Source of the DNA: the human T2T-CHM13v2.0 reference genome, Homo sapiens
Direction: 5' to 3' (one strand)
DNA length: 64,000 bases
Assembly (NCBI RefSeq): GCF_009914755.1
Contig: NC_060939.1
Notes under the pieces: model-generated
What the model was told of the DNA's origin: nothing
What the model saw: the letters and a program-made list of their open reading frames with translations, nothing else
Database searches by the model: none
Made by a program: the position numbers and the translations under genes
Part shown: positions 13,375-29,569 of the stretch, piece after piece
Layout: the number at the start of each line of letters is the position of its first letter
Numbering within the stretch: position 1 is the stretch's first letter

Positions 13375-13560
13375 GCTGAGTCAGCTCTGTGTCCATCACT
13401 CAGATTTATCTGACATCAACCTCCACTGAACTTATCTGGGGCCCCATGCAGAGCAGGGGTGTGCAAATTAGTGGTGAAAGAGATGTTTTATCCAAAGGTG
13501 TGTAAAAAATCAAGGCACAAGCTGCATTGTTTTGGGCCATCTCTGACAGAGGAGATAAGC
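13375..13560. promoter_or_regulatory. Candidate NF-E2/MAF + GATA + CACCC enhancer
   Basis: GCTGAGTCAGC 13375; WGATAA at 13405, 13431 and 13553; GGGGTGTG 13456. Confidence 0.4.
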
Positions 13561-13741
13561 TTTCTTCTCTGCTCACTTACTCTTCTCTTTTGCTGAAGAC
13601 CACCATCATGAAGGCTTCGCAGCATCGGTGCAGGTGCCAGGAAGGGGCATCAGTGACCAGTGGAGACTGTGCTGAGGTCAAGTGGAGTGGGAAGCTCCTG
13701 CAGTCTGAAGGAATCATGTGTAAGCAATTTCCTGAGCACAG

Positions 13742-13744
<3 letters not shown>

Positions 13745-13783
<39 letters not shown>
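13745..13783 (+). repeat. (CT)n(GT)n compound microsatellite
   Basis: Seen directly. Confidence 0.95.
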
Positions 13784-13924
13784 ATTTGCAGAGTCTGAGA
13801 TCTAACATGAAAGGACTGGGGGCCAGAGTGGGCTTTGAGTTAATATTGTGACTATGACTTCATTGGTGTCCATAGCTGATGAAGCCTGGGGAAGCTTTTT
13901 ACTGTAAATCTTCCATTCTACAAG

Positions 13925-15790
13925 CATTTATTCAACACACACTTACTGGATATCTACTATGTTCCTGGCACTGAGATAGGACTGGAGATACTGAGTAGCA
14001 ATGATTCCTGGCTTCAAGCAGGTTACAATGTAGAGGATACGAAACATAAGAAAGTGTGATAAGTGCCAGGGTAGAGAGAAGTATCAACATTCCAAAGAAT
14101 GCTTTGGAATTCCCAAGAACGCAGCACGTAATTCAGAGTGGGGATGTGAGGGGAAAGGCAGAGGAAATATTCTAGGGACACAACAGTTGATCTGAGTCTG
14201 GGAGTGTGAACAAATCTGGATAGACAATAAGAGGGTAAAGAGGCTTTGAGTAGAGGTACCAGTGTGTACCGAGTTATGAAAGAGTGAGGGAGCATGGGAA
14301 ACCACAGGCACTGAATATAGGTAGGAGAGTGGGGTGTTGAGATGTGATCCTAGATAGGTAGCTGGGAGCTGGATCATTGGCATTTTTATGGGTTTGGATC
14401 TTATCTGAGGCCAGTAGAGATCCACAGAATTTTTTAAGACCGAGAGGTGCTATTATTAGATTTATTTTAGAAAGGCCAGTGTGGAGAATTGTTTGGCCGA
14501 GACTAAGACTGAAAGGAGAGGCCAATTAAGAGACTTTGCAGTAATGCCGGTGAAAAAGGGTGGAGGCTTAACTGAGGTGGGACAGTGGACTGGAGAGGAG
14601 GGGAGTGATTCTAGGGAATTTAGGAGGTAGAATCCACAGGACTTGGTGACTATTTGGATGTAGGTGTGGGTGAAAAGAGATTTTAAGATTGTTACTACAT
14701 TTCTCATTTGGTTGACTTGGTGCATGGGTGGTACCACTTACTTAAAAAGGAAAGACAGAAGAATAATATGACTGTGTGTGTGTGTGTGTGTGTGTGTGGC
14801 ACAATAATTTAAGTTTTGAACATGCTGAGTTTAGATGCCTGTGGATCATTTCAATGGAGAGTTCCTATGGGGAGGACTATTAAACTGGCACATAGTAAGA
14901 ACTTATTATGTTTGTGGAATGAAAATAATAGAGTTCTGGGATGCAGGTATAGACTGTAAGTCATCACTGCACCATGTTACATTTATGATCATATAGATGG
15001 TAATTGCTCTTATGAGAGTTGCTGAAGTCCCCAGCAAGAGTACATAGCCAAGAGATGAAGATTAAAGGCATGGAGTCAGAGGTAGGAGAAACTTCAGGAG
15101 AGGGAAAGGACTTGGAAGCCAGTGTGGGAGAAGATGTCTGAGGAAGCACTGCTGGTGGAGAAAAGTCAATTGAAGGAAAAATTGGAAAGTGCCCACTTGG
15201 TTTACCAATTAGGAGGAGATTGGCCAGAGAGGTTTTGTTTCTATGCTAACACTCATGGCGCTTTCACCATAAGCCAGGCAGGTGTGATGCACCACACATA
15301 CAATGGCACAAATACACCTCAGTTAGGTTTAAGTGCAGTGGTGGAAGCTGAATCTGGATGGCATTGAGTTGCTGAAAGAGCAGTTGGTGAGGAAATGGAG
15401 ACACAAATAGACCTCATACTCTGTTGGGTATTTTGTCTGTGTGGGGAGGAAAGAGATTTGGTGAAAATCAGAGGAGATGTTGTCTTGAGGAAGTTTTTTT
15501 CCCTTCCCTTCCCTCCCCTCCCCTCCCTCCTTCCCTCCTTCTGTCCTTCCTCTCTTTTTCTTTTTTTCCCTTTCACATTTGAGAACTGTGAGACTCCTGA
15601 ATGAAAAAATTCTAGAGATGGAGAAGCATGAGAGATGATGATGATGGAGTCAAGTCTCTAAGGCTGGAAGCTCAGGTGAAAGGATTAGTCCTGGATAAAA
15701 GGAGGAACATGTCACAGGGACAGTGATGTGTTTAGGAGTGGGGGCAAAGAGATGGAGATGGGGGAGGAGGAAATGAAAGGAGCTCAGTTC
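13925..15790 (-). mobile_element. Long L2 segments, with (TG)n at 14773-14798 and a pyrimidine tract at ~15494-15573
   Basis: L2 3' end 'catttattcaacacacacttactgg...ctactatgttcctggcactg'; 'gaatccacaggacttggtgac'. Confidence 0.75.
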
Positions 15791-17433
15791 TCAAGTCCTC
15801 ATTTTCCCCTCTGTGCAGAAGGAGGGAGGGGGTGAGACAAGAAACTTAGAAAGGCAGATAAAGTTTAAGAAATTGCTGATGTGAGGAATGAGAAAGGGAC
15901 ATCCAGAAGGACTGCCGAGCACCACAGAAAGTTGAAGGCTTTTGAGTTTTTGTTTCCCCACCCCCAAAAGTGTATACGTGATTCTGTCTAACTGTTCCCA
16001 TGTGGAAATGGACAAGTGGCCAGGAGCACCAGGTCAAGCTGCAGATTCATTGGGTGTGTGATAGACTCTTCAAAGTCTACTCCTAGGTAAAACACCCAAA
16101 GATGAGTCAAGAAAAGTAGCAAGGCATCATGCCAATTCACAGTCTAAGACTTTGCTCACATAATACAGTGTATTTCACTCTTTGTTGGAGATCCATAAAA
16201 CCCAGCTACTAGGTCATTGCACTCAAACAGCCAGATGGTAGAATTTAGCATAGATGGTTTGAAAAACCAACAAATGAATGGGTGAAAGTGTGAGTGTGAG
16301 GTGACTCTTAACTGGGCAGGAAGAATGAAAGACCAAGTGGTGAAAGGTGTGAAATGTGGCATTAATAATTACTTAATATAGATATTAACTTTCTTTGTGG
16401 AGGCACTGAGGCTTTTTTCCCCAACCCCCAAGATTCTAGTTTTATAATAAAGAGAATCCAGCAAGAGGAATAATACAGTTAGGCAATTCTGTAGACCCAA
16501 AGATGTAGCTGTTGAGCAAGAAACTTCTCAAGCCTTCAGAGTGATGGGGTAGGAATTCAAGAAGGAGTGAGAAAGGCCAGGGGACTCTGGTTTTGATGCT
16601 GCTCTGAGCCAGGTTTTCTGTTTATTACACGGTTTAATGTAAGTGTAAGTGAGCTGCCATAGAATTTTAGAGCTGGAAGAGGTACATGTGCATTTGCATG
16701 CCAAGCAGGGTTTGAGCCAAAGTCCAAAGACAGCTGTATTTGCATTTCATCTCATACGGGGCCGACAGCTGGTCTCTTGTGAAGCTATCTGTCAATTATT
16801 AGTGGAATCTTCTGTGATCCTGCCTGACCCACCAAGTCCCATGGCTTGCCTGCTCTCTGAACTTACGCCTATTATTCTGTCCTGCTTCAGATGTAGAAAA
16901 GTCTACTTTTTGCAGAATTTAAGATGAACATATGTGTAGCTGCAATGCCTCCTCTTGTCTCCCTCACCTGAATGTGAGTTGCTATCTCAGATAAAGGACG
17001 AAAGTAGGACTTGGGTATAATAATCTCTCCAATGGTATGGGTAGGGGCGTGAGGAAGTAGCAGCTGCTGTTAAGGACCCAAGGGCTCATAACTGTCTCTA
17101 CTGGCTTTTACATCCTCCTGCACTCCTCATCAGAGAATTGGGCTGATGATGTCATTTCTCATATAAATGCCAAGAAATTGACACTTGCATTTGAGTGCCT
17201 CGTAAAATGGCTTCCATCAATTATCCCTGCTTAATAGCATTACAATGTTAATAACAAATAATTCTCACTAAAGACTTGGGATTTTTAATACAGTTAAGTG
17301 TTGGCCTGTGGCCATGGTTCCCTTCCCTCCAACCTCCAACCCAAATCTTGTTAATTCTCACAAGCTAGTCTGAGCTAGAACAATGAAGTGAAAGGCTTGT
17401 GGGGAAAGCACAGTGAACTAGTATTTGAGTGGT

Positions 17434-17452
17434 GTTGCAGTAGATGGCGCTA
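17434..17452 (+). promoter_or_regulatory. Candidate CTCF site
   Basis: GTTGCAGTAGATGGCGCTA in non-repeat sequence, CpG retained. Confidence 0.6.
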
Positions 17453-18417
17453 TTTCCTCTGAATCCAAGCCCGTTTATTGTGCTGTAATCAAGAATGTGT
17501 CACATTCCAGGTAGCAACAGAAGCAAGAGATGAAATGAGCACCTGCCTTCTAATCCATCAAAAGCCAGATTTCACCTCAAGTTCCATCATATGGATATTT
17601 GAGTTTCGGGCAATGATTAGCTGTGTGTGTAGATTTAAAAAATCTAGCAAGCATTTATGAACATAATGTCCATCTTCAATTTTGGCCAAGGTAAAAGTTC
17701 AGCTCCTCATTTCTTGAAGGATTCTAGACAGTCAGAGATGTAATTTTATTGTTGTTTTTTAAATACAAAACTTATTTTTTTGTTTTTATTTTTTTAAAAT
17801 CAGTTTCCTCAGGTTGAATCATGAGGATAAAATTTATTTTTACATGTCTGAAACCTAAGCTACGATCTAGGCTGCATAGGACTTCTTGTTGCCTTTCACA
17901 GGCCTGGATGCCAACTTCACAAACTCAGCCATGCACTTTTTAGAGATTGTATTTTACTGAGCTTAAGCAAGGATACATATAACCCTGTTTATAAGATAAT
18001 TCACTACTTACAAACTGTTGCCTAATACTTGATTTGAATCCTCCCCTCTTTTTTCCCCACAGCTACATCACTGATTTAGTCTTTAGCTCTGACAGGGAGT
18101 CTGAGTTAGGGATGATGTCAGTCTAGTAGCAAATGAATCGGTTAGGAATCCACAATTTTGACAGATTCAGTATTATTAAAAGATCTATCTTTTGTGCCAT
18201 TATACTCCATGTTCACTATAAAAGAATTAGAAAATATAGTAAGCAAAAGGAAAATAAACCCAAAGATCAAAATGGTTGCACTTTGGTATACTTATTTTTA
18301 GTCTCTCCTCTCTCTCTCTCTTGCTCTCTTTCCCCTCCCTGTTTCTCTCTTTCCTCTCCCTTCTCCTATCCACTTATATAACACGTGTGTGTGTGTGCGT
18401 GTGCCTATCAATAAAGG

Positions 18418-18575
18418 CTGTCAAAGTCCTTGCAGGAAGCAGATGGCACACTGCCTATTTACAATGCCTAGGGACTATCTATAAAGGTGGACAGAGTTAT
18501 GGAAAACTGGTAAGTACCGTACAGCTATAGTAGGGAGCTGTTCAGGTAAAGGGGTCTTCACCTACAGGCCCTGAA
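18418..18575 (-). mobile_element. LTR33-family 3' fragment
   Basis: 'gcaggaagcagatggcacact...gggactatctataaaggtgg'. Confidence 0.55.
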
Positions 18576-18579
18576 CCCA

Positions 18580-19566
<987 letters not shown>

Positions 19567-19589
19567 CCTGTCTTTCATCAAGTCTCATA

Positions 19590-20990
<1,401 letters not shown>

Positions 20991-21114
20991 TGCTCACTCA
21001 CCAAATTATGTTTACATAGAGTGCTGTAACTTGCTTTTCTACTTAATCACATTTTAACATGGAAGGATATCTACTATATATAGTTATCTTCTTTAAGCAC
21101 TAGTTGATAGAAAG

Positions 21115-21278
21115 GGTATGAAATAGAGGTTATAAGGGCTGTCTTTATGCTCAGATTTCCTGGGTTCTAGTACTGTCTTCACTGTTCACTAGTTCTTGAC
21201 CTTGGGCAGGTTACTTGACCTATTCATGCCTCTCATTCCTTACCTGGCAAGTAAAGATAATAATATACCCACTTTGCA
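21115..21278 (+). mobile_element. MIR
   Basis: 'tgaccttgggcaggttacttgacct'. Confidence 0.75.
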
Positions 21279-21560
21279 GCTTTCCTGAGGCTACAGTAAC
21301 AAATTGTCACCTACTTCATGGCTGAAGACAACGGAAATGTATTCTCACAGTTCTGGAGGCCAGAAGTCTAAAACCAAGGTGTGGGCAGAGCCACACTTCC
21401 TCAGAAGGTTCTAAGGGGAGAATCTGTTCCTCGTCTCTTCCATCTTGTAGTGGCTGTAGGTATTTCTTGGCTTGTGGCTGCATTACCCTAATCTCTGACT
21501 CCATTTTCACTTCTCTTTCTCTTCTGTGTGTCTGTATGAAACTGCTTCTGTCTCTATTCC
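21279..21560 (-). mobile_element. MLT1C-like LTR fragment
   Basis: 'caacggaaatgtattctcacagttctggaggccagaagtct...gagaatctgttcc'. Confidence 0.8.
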
Positions 21561-21659
21561 TGAGTAAATCATGATTGATGCTAGGCTCTGGGGAGCAACT
21601 CTTACCCTGTGCCGTTAGTGTGTCTCAAGCAGGCATTAACCCTTGGCTGTGGACAACAT

Positions 21660-22545
<886 letters not shown>

Positions 22546-22684
22546 TTGGGAAGCTGCTTTCTTAGTGCGAGAGGCAAGAAATTAAAGGAGAGATACCACC
22601 TTCATTATTTTCAGAATTCTTCTCTATTTTAAGTTTTCCCTTTCTGCCTTTCCCAATACCTTTAAAGGGTGGTCATCTAAGCTG

Positions 22685-22830
22685 GATGTGAATTTTAATG
22701 TGCACATGAATCACCTGGGATCTTGTAAAAGGGCAGATGTGGTAGGTCTTAAGTGAGGCCTGGGATTCTGCATTTCTGACAAGCTCACAGGTGGTGCGGA
22801 TGCTGTTGGCTCTGGGCCACAGGACTCCAG
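22685..22830 (-). mobile_element. MER5A
   Basis: 'gaatcacctgggatcttgtaaaa...gggattctgcatttctgacaagctc'. Confidence 0.75.
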
Positions 22831-24737
22831 ACTTCTCCTGGGTGTGACTAGACTGCATCATGAACAGCCTACCTTGACTGTGGATGAACTTCAGATCACA
22901 GTTCTTGAAATGTCTTTTTGGAACCGATACATATACTGGCCTGTCTCCATATGATCCAGGCTTTATTTTGGGGTGCTGGTGATGGTACACTGGAGGAGAC
23001 AAACATGAAGTGCTATTTTATATTTTGATGAAATGTAAAATATCCTTCTAACTCATTTTATCCTCCTGTCCTCTTCCTACTTCTTTATCCAGTTGCCTCA
23101 TAAACTGTTTCCTGTAAAGAGGTTCGAGTCATTTGGGCAGAGGTGTTAATTATTGAGAAAACACACTTTTCTCTAAAAGGAAAAAGGCAGGGTATAAGCT
23201 ATGTTATGTGTAATGTGACAAAAAGAATGCTGTTTAAACCTGGGTACATAGGATAACCTGTGTCTCCCAGCCTCCCAATTTTTGAGTACACATATGGTTT
23301 GTTTGTTTGTTTTTACGGCACATTTTCCAGATATGACATGTCTGCTTCTCATACAGGCACTCAGCTCCTCAGAGCCTCCCCCAGTTATTTCTGGGAATCT
23401 CCGGAGGCCCATCTCAATTGTGCGCAGCTTCAAGTCTGCCCTTCCTTATCTATTCCATTTCCTTGGCGGTTGACACCAGCATTCTTTCCATTGCTTTCCT
23501 CTCTCCTGAGCATCCTCATACAAATCCCATTCTCCTCCTTCATGAAAACTAAGCAAATATACATACAAAAGTCAAGCATGTCAATCAATCAGTATCTGCA
23601 GAAAGTCAGTGACCCACTAGTCCTACAAAGAATACAATTCCAAATGCCAGTTTGGGGGTAATTCTATGCTAATTTGCTATTATGGCACTGAAAAATTGAG
23701 CATTTCTTGTATACTTAGCTTTACAATGGGGGAAGAATTGTGGCCAGAATTGTATTGAACATGTTTGGATTTCATTCTAGAAGAGTGACAGTGGTTATTC
23801 TGGACCTGCGGCTTCTAATTAAACTACTTTGTTACTTACCGCCTCGCTCAACAAACAAAAAGGTCAATTTAAAATAAGAAAAACTCATGCCTTTTTACTG
23901 TCGAGTGAAGCTTAAGATCACCTAACAGCCTCCTCTCACTGCATGGGGCACTTCAGTCCCTAGTGGACAATAGTCATAATCTAAAATCTATTACATGTAA
24001 TTTCAACATCATTTAGCACAGCTGTCAATCTGCCAAAGCAAAGGCCACAAACTGAGCCTCCATGGAGACCAAATCATCTTCCTTTTAAACATGCCATCCG
24101 CACAGTGGGCTGGAGGTCACTTGGAAGAGAGCACAGGGGAACCCTGTTTTGTGTCCCTTTGTTCCCGGCTACTTACCTTCTCATAAAAAAAAATACATTC
24201 AATTTAGAGACACATCAGCATAAGCTCCTCCAGCAAGTGCAAATATTTGCTTGGGGGAGGAAAACAAAATAATGTCTGAATGAGAGCTTTCATTTTCTAT
24301 TAGACTTTGATGTTACTTTTTTATTTGAAGTCCACGGAGAATAATAAATTGAATTCCTTTTGTAAAAGTGAGGCACAATAAATGTTGGATAAAAATTGAA
24401 GCTGTTTGTAAGTTAGTCAAGGAGAAAAATGCTGCCTTTTACTGGGACATATATGATCTGCACAATGTTTCCTTAGCGTCATCTTTAAGGATTTTTTTTT
24501 TTTTAACAGAGTGTGGTAGGGGAAAATGTTTTATGTATGTATGACTGAGTTGCTGATTGACAGAGTTCATGGATGTCTCTTTTGAAGTGAGAACAATCTA
24601 ATCCTGGAGCCACAGCACCACCCACAGATGTCATACTAGATCTCAGCTGTCAACATGCCACCTTATTTTATTGCTATTTTCTTTTGCTTTTGGCTTTCAT
24701 CAGCTATTGTTCTTCAAATAGCTGGACCACGCTGTAG

Positions 24738-25047
<310 letters not shown>

Positions 25048-26266
25048 TTTTTTTTTTTTTTTTAATAGCCACAATTGAGGACTGATGTTGAATGTCCACT
25101 GAGTTTACTTTTAGGAAACTTTGTCATTTAAAAACATATCCCAGGAAACCTGTTGTGCCTTAGAGTTACTCATACTACATGGGTCTTTGAGGTTAGGTAC
25201 CTTCTCTAACCAAAAACCTCATTTCTGTTTAAAGTGAAGTAATGTGAAAGAATGCCAGGATAAAAGCTACTCAGCACATCTGGTGGGATTTCACTTTGTA
25301 GTAGAAGGGAAAAAACAAAACAAAAAGCCTTAGAAGTTTTCAGTGCTAAACTGTATCCTCAGAATTCTAAGCCACAATGCACACAACAGCTGGCTTATAG
25401 AAGCTCTCAGATAGTTGCTTTGGTAGTGAGGATATGGCCTCTGCTGTGGCTGTGGGCACTGCTGGAGTTCAGATCTGCCCAGGCAAGTCCAGTGCACTGC
25501 TGAGATGGGATGCCAGCAGCTGGGATTTTTGAATTTATTTGCATGATGGTATATACTTTTGGCTTGAGGAGGAAGGAGGCCATTTTGTGTGAGCTGTGTT
25601 GCTGGTGGTGGACCCTGGGGAGAGACAACAAGGGGGAGAGAGTAGGCCAGCTCCTTGGACTAGGGCTGAAGCTGAAGACACTGTCTTCCATGACTGAGCC
25701 TCTGGTCAGTAGCAGCACCACATGTACTCTCCCAGCCCAGTGTGACTGGGGTACAGAAGCATATTCCCACGTCTGTATGAACCACAGTATAGCTCCTGCA
25801 CAGGGAGAATGGGAAGAAATGTGCTATCTTCGCAACTGGAGGGTCTGGCAGATTTGGGAGCAGGGAAGGTAACATGGTGCAGTCTTGGGGTGGGCTTGGT
25901 TTGACTGCTTGCAGAAGGACCTACAGAAGAGGGGCTGGAATGGGAGAGGAAGAACATGGTGGACAGACAGTTTGATTTCTAAGTGTGTATGTGCCGTGCC
26001 CTCTGGAGGCTTGGAGGTATAACTGTGAGAAGGTCGCAGGAAGCTAGAGGGCTAGATAGAGGGTTAGAGCCATTGAAATTTGAATGTTTATCATGACTTT
26101 GTACTTGCAGCCTGGTGAGACTTGGGAAAATCCTAGTTATATCAGCCAATAATTTTTTTATTTTTTTACCTAACACAATTTAACAATCACTAATCCTAGA
26201 ATTAGTGACACATTCTCTAAGATGGATAAAAATGACAAAAGGCTGATAAAATTATCATAGCATGTG

Positions 26267-26800
26267 TGTATCAAATGCTTCTTGTGCACCCACTCAGATT
26301 CTCTTGGACCACTTTTTTATTCTAGTTTTTGCTTTGGCAGCCATCTGTGTTCAGGTGTAACCTGACCCTGTCTCACCTCAGCTGCACTATTTATCACTTG
26401 CTTTCTGTCCTGGGGCATCTTTAGTACCATCACCTAGGATACCTGCAGAAATTTGCTCAGTCATTCATAGCCACACACATCAAGTGTGAGAAAGGTAAGA
26501 TCTAATAGGCAGCTCTTGGCCAATAGGTAATGGGTAATATGGATACATTCTCCCCTGTTCTTTCTCTTCAGGGGATGATTCTGAGGTGCTTTCTACATGA
26601 TTCTTCAGAGTGTTCCCAGTGAGAGGGAACCCCATTGCCCAAGAAAGAACCAGCTTGATAACACACCTGATTTTGTCTTTCTCTTCTTTTTTATTTCACT
26701 CTTTCCAGCACCCAGACCCCTACCCACTTCTGTTCCCACAAGCCCTTGTCTTGTGGAAGGGAAGCTTGCTTCAAAAAGTGGAGCAACCTGGGATAAGACA
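26267..26800 (+). mobile_element. ERVL LTR16-family LTR
   Basis: 'ggggatgattctgaggtgctttctacatg...agcttgataacacacc'; ends '...gggataagaca'. Confidence 0.65.
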
Positions 26801-26934
26801 GGGTGACAGTCAGCTATACATGTATTGCTGACACCCTTATTTTCCCACCAGTGACATACCTGGAAAAAGGGGCTGAGGTGAGGTGAAGGAAGGAGGGCTG
26901 GTCAATTTCTTGTTGGTAGCAAAAGTCTGTTATT

Positions 26935-27240
26935 GTCAAACTCAGTGAACATTTAATACTCTTCTACTATGATCCAGGGCCTGTTTTTACTCAGAAATCA
27001 CTGAGACAGATCCCTGTCATTAGCAAGCTCACAGATGATTTGGGGAAGGCAAACACGTACATATCTTACAACATATAGAGTACTAAAGAGAGGGTTAGTG
27101 TGCTTTAAAGCATGTAGAGAAAGGAACAGTTAATTTTGACTGGGAGTGAGAAGCCTCCACAGAGAAGAAGGCATTTGATCTGGACCTTGAGAGATGAAAA
27201 GGCTATTGAAGATAGAGAATTGAAGAGTTGGAGATGCTTA
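26935..27240 (-). mobile_element. L2 3' fragment
   Basis: 'acagatccctgtcattagcaagctcacag...ggcatttgatctggaccttgagagatga'. Confidence 0.55.
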
Positions 27241-28284
27241 AAAAGAGTCTTACTGAAATGGAATTGGGGTGAACTTTACTGTCCTCCCAGCTTAGGGAGC
27301 AGAGGCCTGCAGCCCTAATTCCACTTCCTTTTCTTCCCCTACATAGTGTTTTGATTGCTCTCTCACAACCTGCCTTTTCAGAGATACCCTGCCTTCCTTT
27401 TCTCTCTGGATGTTTTATCATCTTTTGTATAGGACACAGTGAGAGCTGTAGTTCTTTACCTTGCCTGCGCTGGCTGTGGAGGCCTTATCTCTGGATGCTG
27501 GAGACTTGAGGAGACTTATTGGTTCTGAGTGATCTCCCTTCTACTAAGAAGCGGGATGACTTTAGTTTAGATGAAGGTTTTCAGGTGTGATTGCCTAGTG
27601 CACAAGATCACTGGGCAACACTCAAGGACAAGCATCTTTATGTTGAGTGTGGAGGTCACATTTGCAGGCTCACCTCCTCTTCTGCTACCATCTGGACTGC
27701 TAATCATAACATGTATTCACTAAGTGCATAAACAGGGGTGTATTATTTTCTTGTTTATTTTTGAATAAGGACCAGAGATGCATTTAATTTCCCACGTGTA
27801 GAGATTTGACAGAATTTTATGACTTGGACCCAGGAAGGGCAGGCTTGGTGCAAAAGACAGGTGACTGGAAAGGCAGGAACACATTATTCTCCTCACTCTA
27901 GTTCTTTGCTGTTAACCTTACTCAGCCTTCTGAACATCTGCACTTCTCTGTCTCCTAGGCATGCAGATAACACATTTTTGAGTTTTGATTTCCCAGCTAG
28001 GGAAGCAGAACAGTCCCACCAGGTTAAACTAGAGGTTGTTAATGGTTGAACCTAACCTTGCTCAACCAGTTGACATTCTTTTGCAAAGAAAGGTCTAGAT
28101 CATGGGTGAGTAGTTTAAGGTAGATGGGGAAGTGGGCATGTTGGGCATCTATATTGCTGTCTCCAATCCATTTCATCCTTGCTGCCATGCACACACTCCT
28201 CTTCCTATATGTACAAAGATACCTGTCCTAGCATGTTCTATCATATGCATGTCTGTGGATGTTCACTTTACTTCCGACATAGAA

Positions 28285-28790
28285 GTGACCCAAAGCACAG
28301 GGTTCCAAGAGGAAATGGATGATCCTTTGAAAATAATATAGTCCAATGAGGCTCACTGATAAAGAGACTATTATAAAAGTATTGGTGAGGAGAACCACTA
28401 GTTATAGTGCAGCAACCCAAATCTTGTAGCATTAAAACTGTTATCACCTGTAGTTTCAAAGGGATGGAAGAGAGGATGGTTTTTGAAAACAGAAAAAAGA
28501 GAGACTCACATTGAGTCAACCACATTGAGACGATTAAACGATTTTAAATCAAGGGGCACAGTCAGCTTGAGGCTACCCTGCAGGGAGAGATCCAGGTAAA
28601 TACTGATCTTGCTTTCATTGTTTCCGTATTCCTATTTCCCGTATGGGACCTCCAATGGCCAAACCCAACCACAGCCAGAAGGTACACAAGCCATGCTGAT
28701 ATATTGAGGACAGGTCAGCCTCCAGGCAGGGAGCTGAGTGAAGGATGGAGAGTGGATGTGGAGGGGCAATTGGCAGAGACACCGAATGAC
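28285..28790 (-). mobile_element. LTR33 (ERVL)
   Basis: 'cctccaatggccaaacccaaccacagccagaagg...caggtcagcctcc...gtggatgtggaggggcaa'. Confidence 0.7.
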
Positions 28791-29189
28791 TCTGTGGAAA
28801 GACATCTCAGTGTCTGTGCAAGAGTGCTCATCAGTCTCTCTACTTATTGTCTACCATTACTGTCCATTCCCTCTTCAGCTGCATTGTGATCCTACCTAAG
28901 TGTTATTATTCACCACAAACAGAATATGATTAAGATAATTAGAATGAAATAATAAACCCTATTTTCTTTAAAAAATAAATTTTAATACAATTTTTAATAA
29001 AACTATTAAACAAGAAAAAATTTTCTTGTTTTGTTTTTTTAAAAAAAAACAAGAATGGGAAGATATTTTTTCAGTCTTTGTATAATCTAGCAAGGAAAGA
29101 AATCTGAGCTATAAATGGTGGCCACAACCTTGTTTCTAGAATTAGTCGTGCAACCACAACTGGCATGGAAGGCTTTCTCCAGTGGTGCT

Positions 29190-29554
29190 TGTCTTAGTCC
29201 ATGTGGGCTGCTATAACAAAATACCATAAACTGAGTGGCTTATAAACAACAGAAAGGTATTTTCACATTTCTGGAGGCTGGAAAGTCCCAAGACTGAGAT
29301 GCCAGCAGATCCAGTGTCTGGTGAGGGCCCATTTCCTGGTTTATAAATGGCGTCTTCTTGCTTTGTCCTCTCATGGTGGAAGGGATTAGGGTCTCTCTGG
29401 TGTCTCTTTTATAAGGGCACTGATACCATTCATGAGGGCTTCCCCACAATGACCTACTCATCTCCCAAAGTCCCCACCTCCTAATACCGTCAACTTGAGG
29501 GTTAAGATTTCAACATATGAATTTTCGGAGGACATGAACATTCAGTTTATTGCA
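29190..29554 (-). mobile_element. MSTD/MLT1A-type MaLR solo LTR
   Basis: tgtcttagtcc...ttgca with perfect 5-bp TSD gtgct. Confidence 0.9.
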
Positions 29555-29569
29555 GTGCTATTGCTGAGC

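Noticed and set aside
23260-23661. 133-aa ORF in non-repeat sequence
   Set aside because: Non-ATG start, no recognisable homology or domain; other frames also unrecognised
25400-25870. Possible ancient LTR or enhancer with octamer ATTTGCAT
   Set aside because: Cannot assign a family or function from sequence alone
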